From: Clostridiaceae bacterium
GTDB taxonomy: Bacteria > Bacillota > Clostridia > Saccharofermentanales > DTU023
Direction: 5' to 3'
DNA length: 64,000 nucleotides
NCBI GenBank assembly: GCA_012841145.1
Contig: DUVH01000035.1
Location: 8,507-72,506, forward strand
The notes beneath the pieces are model-generated. The model was not told the DNA's origin, did not search any database, and saw only the letters and a list, made by a program, of their open reading frames with translations. The position numbers and the translations under genes were made by a program. Positions 1 through 7,003 of the stretch are shown piece by piece (position 1 is the first letter of the stretch; every line of letters begins with the position of its first letter).

Positions 1-900
1 TCCCGTCATGGCGACATGGAAACTGGACGTTAAAGTTGACATCGGGCTGAATGCCTCCATTGACATGAAGATGAGCACGACCATCGACGCGACGTTCCCG
101 GCCGTGAAAGGAATGCTCGGCAATCCGATGGCCATTAGGGCGATGCTGCCGCCGTAGGCGATCCACTCGATGAGCGTGATCGATCTCAACTGCATCCGCA
201 AGATGTTCATCGTTTCAATGCGAAAGATTTCCGATTTTTCATGAATTTCTTCCGCCCTCTTCTCATCGGCGGAAAAAATCTTCAGCGTCGTCATGCCCTG
301 TAGACTATCTAAAAACAACTGCCCGACATCCTGGTAGCTACCCCAGTATTTTCTCTGCTTGCGAGCGACCATTTCCAAGATTGCTTTCAACATTAAGGGG
401 ATGATGGGCGCCAGAATTAAGAACAAAAGGGCGGAGGAGAGGCTGATCGGGAGCAACACGATGAAAGTCACCAAGCTCATGCCAAAACTGCCGAAAAATT
501 GCGGCAGGAAACGCCCGTAGTAGTTTTCCAGCTGTTCGATTGTATCTGAGCCCATGTTGATCATGTTGGCCGTTGATGTGTAATTCAAGTAAGACGGGCC
601 GATACGCATGGCCTTTGAAATCATTTCCGTCCTGAGATTCGTTTTTACTTCGCCCGTAATCTTCGTTTGGTATCGCGTGACAAGATAGAGACTGCCCGAT
701 CTCAGAACGAATCCGAGCAGGAAGAAAAGAATGGTGGTTGTATATTTTACCGACGTATTTAAGAAGAGATTCTGGAGTGTTCGGCCGAGTGAAAGAGCAA
801 TAAAGAAACTGCCGACAACTTTTGACATCATCAGCAAGACACTGACGACGATGTATTTCTTTGCATTACCTATGTATCGAAAAAGCAATTTGTCCAGCAT
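1..900 (-). CDS. ABC exporter, N-terminal transmembrane domain (CydD/CydC-like type); 3' end runs off the window
   Basis: Absent from the ORF track because it stays open to base 1. My minus-strand translation from the ATG at 898-900 gives MLDKLLFRYIGNAKKYIVVSVLLM...FLDSLQGMTTLKIFSADEKRAEEIHEKSE..., a type-1 ABC exporter TMD pattern with no stop. Confidence 0.75.
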   Translation of the reverse strand, partial: MLDKLLFRYIGNAKKYIVVSVLLMMSKVVGSFFIALSLGRTLQNLFLNTSVKYTTTILFFLLGFVLRSGSLYLVTRYQTKITGEVKTNLRTEMISKAMRIGPSYLNYTSTANMINMGSDTIEQLENYYGRFLPQFFGSFGMSLVTFIVLLPISLSSALLFLILAPIIPLMLKAILEMVARKQRKYWGSYQDVGQLFLDSLQGMTTLKIFSADEKRAEEIHEKSEIFRIETMNILRMQLRSITLIEWIAYGGSIALMAIGLPSIPFTAGNVASMVVLIFMSMEAFSPMSTLTSSFHVAMTG

Positions 901-923
901 AGATCACCTAGTTTACGCACAGA

Positions 924-975
924 GGTTAGAATTAGCTAACCAATTCGCACAACGCAAAGTTAGCACAACCTAACC
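924..975. promoter_or_regulatory. Two 18-bp inverted repeats GTTAG-N6-CTAAC, a candidate operator pair upstream of the ABC exporter
   Basis: GGTTAGaattagCTAACC at 924-941 and AGTTAGcacaacCTAACC at 958-975, centres 34 bp apart, 24-75 bp upstream of the minus-strand ATG at 900. Confidence 0.3.
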
Positions 976-1082
976 TAGTTGGGCAAATGTCATAATAGCG
1001 GCTTTTAAGAAGGTGATCGGGAAAGAAGATGGTGTTTCTGCCTATAAAAACCACATTACAAAGAGCTTATGTCAAAGGCACA

Positions 1083-2273
1083 TCATCCATCATATTTTTT
1101 GACCAGCTCACAAAAGACGGCATAAAGGTCTTCATTTGTGTTATCGGCTATTCCGTGAATAGGAAGAAAACTTTTGCGAACTCCATGGAACGATACTGAA
1201 AAGGAAGATGTCGTCTCGTCATAGATGACACCGGGATATTTGTCTGCCTTGCTTGAATCGTCATTTTCTTTCTCCGACGCATAATAATAGCGGGTTCGCA
1301 CGAATGAACGAATGAGCCGTTCGCAGTCGGCGTTCTCAATTTCTACGAAACTACAATGGTATTCTCCTTTTTCGTCAGAATAGTTGCCTGTCAATTTACC
1401 GCGTCCGGCATCAATCATCAGTGAAAAATTGTACGTTTCGGTTTTTAACATATGCGATTGGCTCATAGATATGCTTTTAACCAGTTCTTCGGGAGTCATC
1501 GTGCCGCCGTCGAGGTTCAGGAGCGGTATATAATTTTCTTTTACTGCCATGCAGGCGTCGATGAGAAGCGGTCTCAACGCTCGATAAAGAGCGATTCCCT
1601 TTTCAGGAATGGTAGAGTTGATTGATGTGCTGAGGTAATCGCCTGAAGCGTATTTGACCGCCAATACAAATTCCCCGGCGTCTACGGGAATTCCGGAAGT
1701 CCAATCTCCTTGACCGTTCATTTCTATCACGCCCGATTGTCTTATTGCTTCGGCAAAACGGACCGTAAAGTCTTTGTCGACGGGCAGTGCGACAGCGATT
1801 TCGCTCATATACTCAGGAATACGGTCGGCCACGACGTCGATGAACAGTATGTAACCCGATTCTTTAAATGACTGAACGTTAGCTGCCGCTTTTTCAAGGA
1901 GATACTTGTCGTTCTCATCAAAGACGCAAAGTGAGATATCGACATAGCCCTGTATGTCGCCTGAACCGTTTGTCATCGACATATCAAAGGTGAGGATGTC
2001 TGTCGAAGTGATATCTTTCGGCGCGTCGGGATCGTTCCAAGTTGTATGTCCCCCTTCGATAACATCAGTTGGGCGGATCGTTTTACGGGTCTTTTGAGTT
2101 ATGTCCTGATCGGTCGTCGTGGTGATGGTCATCTGACTGTCATCGCCGTCTTGAGGAGGCTTTTTCTTGCACGAAACTTGCAGGGCGGTGACCCCCAAAA
2201 CTAAAGCAATGATCAAAACAATCAGCAAAATCATAGTGCCGGGTGTCACAGGTTTTTCTAGAAACGTGATCAT
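1083..2273 (-). CDS. Hypothetical membrane-anchored (lipoprotein-like) extracytoplasmic protein
   Basis: ORF 1083..2318. The internal ATG at 2273 is preceded by GGGGAGGT. The N-terminus MITFLEKPVTPGTMILLIVLIIALVLGVTALQVSC has a hydrophobic helix followed by Cys. No family recognised. Confidence 0.6.
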   Translation of the reverse strand: MITFLEKPVTPGTMILLIVLIIALVLGVTALQVSCKKKPPQDGDDSQMTITTTTDQDITQKTRKTIRPTDVIEGGHTTWNDPDAPKDITSTDILTFDMSMTNGSGDIQGYVDISLCVFDENDKYLLEKAAANVQSFKESGYILFIDVVADRIPEYMSEIAVALPVDKDFTVRFAEAIRQSGVIEMNGQGDWTSGIPVDAGEFVLAVKYASGDYLSTSINSTIPEKGIALYRALRPLLIDACMAVKENYIPLLNLDGGTMTPEELVKSISMSQSHMLKTETYNFSLMIDAGRGKLTGNYSDEKGEYHCSFVEIENADCERLIRSFVRTRYYYASEKENDDSSKADKYPGVIYDETTSSFSVSFHGVRKSFLPIHGIADNTNEDLYAVFCELVKKYDG

Positions 2274-2456
2274 GTGTTTACCTCCCCATTTCTCAAGAGA
2301 TTTTACTCTCAATTGCATTCTAGCAAAAGTTGAATGTTGAAGCGCTGATTGTTGGCTTGTCTAAAAAGCAAAAAGTAACAGCCTCCCGATTCGGTCGCTT
2401 AAAAAAAAATGGCAGGCAGATGAGGAGACGCTCAAGCGATTCCGACATCGTAAATC

Positions 2457-3794
2457 TCAACGTTCAGCAAGAAATGGTGCCATATAGATCGGCAGGAAGT
2501 CGATTCCCCCTTCGTGCTTCATATCTTTCTGGGACAACAAGATGGTTTGCGCAACTGATTTTGAGAATTTTTCTTTGAACCTCTTTAGGGACTTAAATTC
2601 ACCCAGTCCGGAAGATTTGACTTCAATAGCCGAGACCTTGGTGCCCTTTGATAACAGAAAATCGATTTCATAGTAGTGAGTGCTGTTCTCTTTTTCCCAA
2701 GTGTGATAGTAAAGCTCCCTATCACTCGATGCGACGACTTGGGCAACAGCATTTTCATAGAGATATCCTAAATTGGCAGGTAATTTGTATGATAGCATTT
2801 TGGAGTATAGTTCATTTTGCATGTCTGGACGGTCGATAAACATAAGAGTCATGAATAGACCAGTATCAGCAATATACAGCTTATAACTGTCAATTGACTT
2901 TGTGCTCGAGAGGCTTACTCTCGGATCTGTTGTGTTGTGGGATATCAAAACTGTCTTGCTATCAACTAAATCGTAGATCAAGCCTTCGTCACTCATATTT
3001 TTCCTCTTTCCCAACGCTTCTGATATAAGAAACCTTTTTTTATCACGCGATAATTGAGCCGGAATGGAATGGAACATAGCTGAAATCCTACCGGTATTGT
3101 CGATCTTCCTGAAGTCATCTTCATAAAGCTGTACAATATTTCGTTTAATCCTGTCGATTGCGGAAAAGCTTCGACCCTCAACAAAGCCTTTTACTGCTTG
3201 CGGCATGCCTCCTACTGCCATATATATTCTAAAGTCACGCATCCACTGGCGATTCAACGCTTGCCCCGCAGGCATTTTCTGACAGAAAAATTTCTTGCTT
3301 TGTTCATACGTTTTGCTCCCTATAGCGAGGGAAAACTCCTCAAAATCCATAGGATATAACGTAAGTTTCATTTCTTCAGAAGGTACCAAGATATTATTTA
3401 CATTTTTCTTAATGGAAATGAGTGAGCCTGTTTCGATATAGTGATATCTTCCGTCCTTGACCAAATATTTTATCGCCTGCCTTGCTCTGGGAAACAACTG
3501 TATTTCATCAAAAATAATGACGGAGTCATGCTTGACCAAATCAACACCGGTCGCCGCCTGCAGTCTGAGGAAAAAAAAGTCCAAGTTATGTATGTCATCG
3601 AAACAAGAGATGACGGTGTCTGAAACATTGGCAAAATCCAGTAAGATATATGAACTGTATTCATTTTTTGCAAATTCTTCTACAAGCGTTGTTTTGCCGA
3701 CACGTCTCGCTCCTTCGATCAGGATTGCATATGAGTCAGCGTATTCTTTTTTCCAAGATAAAAGCTGATCATAGGCCTTTCGACGAAAATACAT
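2457..3794 (-). CDS. AAA+ ATPase with AAA_14 / DUF4143 architecture
   Basis: Walker A GARRVGKTTL and Walker B VIIFDEIQ. Length of 445 aa and the C-terminal region are typical of DUF4143 ATP-binding proteins. RBS AAGGAGG lies before the ATG. Confidence 0.8.
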   Translation of the reverse strand: MYFRRKAYDQLLSWKKEYADSYAILIEGARRVGKTTLVEEFAKNEYSSYILLDFANVSDTVISCFDDIHNLDFFFLRLQAATGVDLVKHDSVIIFDEIQLFPRARQAIKYLVKDGRYHYIETGSLISIKKNVNNILVPSEEMKLTLYPMDFEEFSLAIGSKTYEQSKKFFCQKMPAGQALNRQWMRDFRIYMAVGGMPQAVKGFVEGRSFSAIDRIKRNIVQLYEDDFRKIDNTGRISAMFHSIPAQLSRDKKRFLISEALGKRKNMSDEGLIYDLVDSKTVLISHNTTDPRVSLSSTKSIDSYKLYIADTGLFMTLMFIDRPDMQNELYSKMLSYKLPANLGYLYENAVAQVVASSDRELYYHTWEKENSTHYYEIDFLLSKGTKVSAIEVKSSGLGEFKSLKRFKEKFSKSVAQTILLSQKDMKHEGGIDFLPIYMAPFLAER

Positions 3795-3853
3795 TTCTTG
3801 CCTCCTTGCATGCTATTTTAAAGATTTTCAGCTTAACTTACATAGTATTAAGG

Positions 3854-4018
3854 CTCATTCGCTCCTGAAACCCGCATTTCTTCAAAGCTTTGATCGCCTC
3901 TATTATACATCTCTTCAAAGTGTTCTTGGTTGATATTCTGCATTTCTTCAAGATAGATTTGGCTTTAGATCTGCATTTCTTCAAGATGTATTGTGAGAGA
4001 TTATTGCATTTATTCGAA
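3854..4018 (-). repeat. Five head-to-tail 33-bp units with a conserved 12-13 bp core (minus strand yTTGAAGAAATGC) and divergent 20-bp remainder
   Basis: Plus-strand core GCATTTCTTCAA starts at 3874, 3907, 3940, 3973 and 4006, exactly 33 bp apart. Copies at 3940 and 3973 are perfect, the one at 3874 differs at one flanking base of the 13-bp core, and those at 3907 and 4006 have 2-3 mismatches. Confidence 0.85.
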
Positions 4019-4110
4019 GTTTAGCAGGTGAAACAGAAATTCAAAATAATCGGCAGCAATACGTATAAGTTTCTAACGATGTGGTTGAAACGGGTGACTT
4101 TGCACTGGCT

Positions 4111-4512
4111 CTAAAAGTGTAAGGAGTAGAATGTCTCTCTTGTGATTTCATAGTAGATAGCGGTGCGCCAAGTTCCCGTTTGATCCTGCCACGAATTCTC
4201 GACGATTTTCGTCTTCTTCGCACCTATCTTGTTTTCGTATACATGTTGAGCGCGCGTATTCTCCAGCATGGTATCCCAGACGATACGCTCTAGTTCGTGA
4301 GGAGAGTTGATTTCCTTGTCCGTAAAAAGAAAATCAAACAGCATGATGATAATCTTTGGACCATACCCTTTGTTCTGAAAATCTGCTTCACAGATTTTCC
4401 AGCCGGGATAAGCGGTTGCTTCTTCTGGTCGAATCCGATTTACGACCTTCTGACTTTTTCTTTGAAGGCTTGAAACCGAAACAGCTTTCGATAGCGCCTG
4501 TCGGGCATTCAT
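4111..4512 (-). pseudogene. GNAT N-acetyltransferase remnant lacking the N-terminal third
   Basis: The GNAT motif A region FQNKGYGPKIIIMLFDFLF and the C-terminal ...NTRAQHVYENKIGAKK... are present. Upstream beta strands are absent. The 5' 125 bp overlap the 3' tail of the neighbouring 4Fe-4S gene in another frame. Confidence 0.5.
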
Positions 4513-5329
4513 GGATACAGTCGCGACAGCGGATGCATTCGGGGCTGTTCGGTGTTTTAACGGGATCGATGCCCATCTTGCAGACGCGCGCGCATTTGCC
4601 GCAATTGCTGCATTTGTCGTTAATTTTGAAGCGGTAGAAACTGACGGGCTGTAAGATTCCGTAGAATGCGCCGAGAGGGCAGAGGTAGCGGCAGAAGACG
4701 CGATAGAGAAAGATGGAGAGCGTGAGGATGACGAGCGCCAAAGCCACTTTCCACGTAAATAGCGCTCCTATTGCCGCTCGGAGTGAGGGATTTAGGATGA
4801 CGAGCGGTATGCCGCCGCCAATCGTGCCAGCGGGACAGACGTACTTACAAAAATACGGATCGCTCATGCCCAGACTGTCACGAGCTATGATAGGTAGCAA
4901 AATGACGACGACTACGAGCATCACGTATTTTCCGAAGGAGAGCACGCGGTTAAGCTTGGCGGGGACTTTGATTTTTGGAGTCGGGATTTTGTGCAGGAGA
5001 TCTTGCAGCAGACCGAAAGGACAAAGATAGCCGCAGAAGAAACGGCCGAGTAAAATCCCGAACAGAGCGATGAGGCCGATCACGTAAAAACTGAAATGGA
5101 ACTTCGCGCTTCCTGCAACGGCTTGCAATCCGCCGATCGGGCAGGCCCCGAGAGAGCCGGGGCAGGAGTAGCAGTTCAAGACGGGCACGCAGAACGATTT
5201 CAAGTTACCCTTGTAGATTTCCCCTGAAATGAAGCCCTTGAAATTGCCGTTAAAGACGGCGGCGCCGAGCAATTGGATGAGGTGACGCCTGTAGCCCGGA
5301 ATCTTTTTTTTCTTTTCTCTCTTACCCAA
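4388..5329 (-). CDS. Integral-membrane polyferredoxin (NapH/YccM-like 4Fe-4S binding protein)
   Basis: Three CxxxCP motifs (CGYLCPFG, CKYVCPAG, CRYLCPLG) sit between hydrophobic helices, followed by two ferredoxin motifs, CSNCGKCARVC and CIRCRDCIHECP. A TTG start at 5329 overlaps the upstream small ORF. Confidence 0.8.
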   Translation of the reverse strand: MGKREKKKKIPGYRRHLIQLLGAAVFNGNFKGFISGEIYKGNLKSFCVPVLNCYSCPGSLGACPIGGLQAVAGSAKFHFSFYVIGLIALFGILLGRFFCGYLCPFGLLQDLLHKIPTPKIKVPAKLNRVLSFGKYVMLVVVVILLPIIARDSLGMSDPYFCKYVCPAGTIGGGIPLVILNPSLRAAIGALFTWKVALALVILTLSIFLYRVFCRYLCPLGAFYGILQPVSFYRFKINDKCSNCGKCARVCKMGIDPVKTPNSPECIRCRDCIHECPTGAIESCFGFKPSKKKSEGRKSDSTRRSNRLSRLENL

Positions 5330-5519
5330 TGCCGATACACTCCATGCAGATGTTGATCGCTTTCCTTAGGAGAGTTTTTACCTCGTCACCGTTTACACGA
5401 AGGAGACCGATCAGGATAAAGGCGACCGCGATGGCGGCGATGAGAATTGGCCGCTTGTTGAGCCGTATGAATTGAATCATCGTACTTGAGGTTCTTTTCT
5501 CGTGTCGACTGTTGTCCAT
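5322..5519 (-). CDS. Small single-TM protein with a C-terminal CxxC motif (resembles the CD1871A-type family)
   Basis: 65 aa, or 52 aa from the ATG at 5480. It has one hydrophobic helix (ILIAAIAVAFILIGLL) and ends in NICMECIGIG. An 8-bp overlap with the polyferredoxin gene suggests translational coupling. Confidence 0.55.
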   Translation of the reverse strand: MDNSRHEKRTSSTMIQFIRLNKRPILIAAIAVAFILIGLLRVNGDEVKTLLRKAINICMECIGIG

Positions 5520-5674
5520 AAAAGTACCGTGCTTTCATGTGTTATGCCATATTATCCTCAACGGGAAAATCGCTGTCAATTGTGCCGGGATACAAATCCG
5601 TAGCATACGAACCATTTTTTATTGACGAAAGACAGTATGATGTAAGGCAAATATCTATCGCAGAGGTTCCTTCG

Positions 5675-6850
5675 ATGAAAAGAAAATTGACGATATTACT
5701 TGTTATAGCACTGGCACTCGTTCTTTTCATGAACGCATGTCAAACGGGTTCGCCTGCCGATGACGGTGCGTCAACCGGTAAAGGCCCGATGACGACCGTT
5801 ACGGATCCTGAAACGGGAGAGACGATCGGAGAAGCCCCGGGGCTTAATCTTAATGTCACACAGGAAGAAGCCGAAGAGGGGTGGCTTGCACATGGCGACA
5901 TTGGGTTTAAATATCAGCTCCCGAAGGCTTGGGTGGAACGTCTCGATTACCTCGATCCCTATGCGGAAGGAGACCCGAGTGACGCCAAGGCGGATCTCTA
6001 CAAGTGCCTTTATTACGATTTTATGGAGACAGCTCTGATTGAATGTGCTCAGGAAATCATCAATGACGCCACGCTGACGAATGAAGAGAAATACGAGAAG
6101 ATGTCGAAAGACGTGTGGTCGAATGCGATCAAAATATTCGGCGTGCAGCTTTTCCGGCGCGAAGCTTTCAATAAAGCGGAAAGTTTGGAGAAGCTGACAA
6201 AATTTCCGCACAATCGCGTTTTTGCAGTGGGAGGGGACGTCGTCCATATCGTTTCATGGGCGAATGAAGAAGCGGGCCATAATTTGCCCGAGAAGGATCG
6301 GGCAATTTTTGCCGAACTCATCGAGTCGGTCGATGAACTCGTCAAGAGTGTTAAGGTTGCTAAGCCCGTATCATCTGTGCAATCACTTGACGCGATCAGG
6401 AACTGGACGTTCAACACTGTCGATCTTGACGGTCAACCCGTCGATCAATCGATTTTCGCTGAGGCAAAGTTGACGATGGTCAATATTTGGGCGACGTGGT
6501 GCAATCCTTGCCGCGTCGAGATACCCGACATCGCGGCGCTCGCAAAAAATGAATTCGCCGAATTAGATATTCAGGTTCTCGGGATTGTGACCGATGTTGA
6601 GGTTGATGAAGATCATGAAATGGAGTTGGCTTTGGCGAAGCAGATTTTGGACGAAGCAGGTGCTTCGTATCTGAACGTCAAGTTTAATAAAAACATGAAC
6701 GACTCGTTATTCAAATTTGTACAGGCGTTTCCGACGACTGTTTTCATGGACAGCAACGGGAATGTTGTGGGTGCCGAGATTGTGGGGGCACGCTCGAAGG
6801 ACGCTTTTCTCAAGGAGGCCGAAGCTCGGCTCGCTATGCTGGGCGACTAG
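5675..6850 (+). CDS. Thioredoxin-fold thiol:disulfide oxidoreductase lipoprotein (TlpA/ResA-like) with a large uncharacterised N-terminal domain
   Basis: Start at ATG 5675 after AGAGG. Lipoprotein signal MKRKLTILLVIALALVLFMNAC. Redoxin motif VNIWATWCNPCRVEIP lies in the C-terminal third. Confidence 0.8.
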   Translation: MKRKLTILLVIALALVLFMNACQTGSPADDGASTGKGPMTTVTDPETGETIGEAPGLNLNVTQEEAEEGWLAHGDIGFKYQLPKAWVERLDYLDPYAEGDPSDAKADLYKCLYYDFMETALIECAQEIINDATLTNEEKYEKMSKDVWSNAIKIFGVQLFRREAFNKAESLEKLTKFPHNRVFAVGGDVVHIVSWANEEAGHNLPEKDRAIFAELIESVDELVKSVKVAKPVSSVQSLDAIRNWTFNTVDLDGQPVDQSIFAEAKLTMVNIWATWCNPCRVEIPDIAALAKNEFAELDIQVLGIVTDVEVDEDHEMELALAKQILDEAGASYLNVKFNKNMNDSLFKFVQAFPTTVFMDSNGNVVGAEIVGARSKDAFLKEAEARLAMLGD

Positions 6851-7003
6851 AGACCTTCCTTTTGTTTTTACAATCGCTCCATCGCTCCGGCGGTCTTTGA
6901 TCTGTCGGAGCGAAACTGTCGCGATTTGCATTTTGCGCTGACTCGCTATGTTATAATTTATTGCGTTGGATTACCGATAAATTAGACGTGCGGGAGTATT
7001 TTT

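Noticed and set aside
731-973. 80-aa plus-strand ORF
   Set aside because: Most of it is antisense to the 5' end of the ABC exporter gene and the rest covers that gene's promoter region. It has no RBS.
3854-4018. Possible CRISPR array
   Set aside because: The conserved core is only 12-15 bp and the spacers are about 20 bp. There are no cas genes, and the period is exactly 33 bp with units related throughout. It is a diverged tandem repeat, not repeat-spacer architecture.
6882-6912. Hairpin CGCTCCG…CGGAGCG after the TlpA-like gene as a terminator
   Set aside because: The 7-bp stem has a 17-nt loop and no following T-run. It is not a convincing intrinsic terminator.
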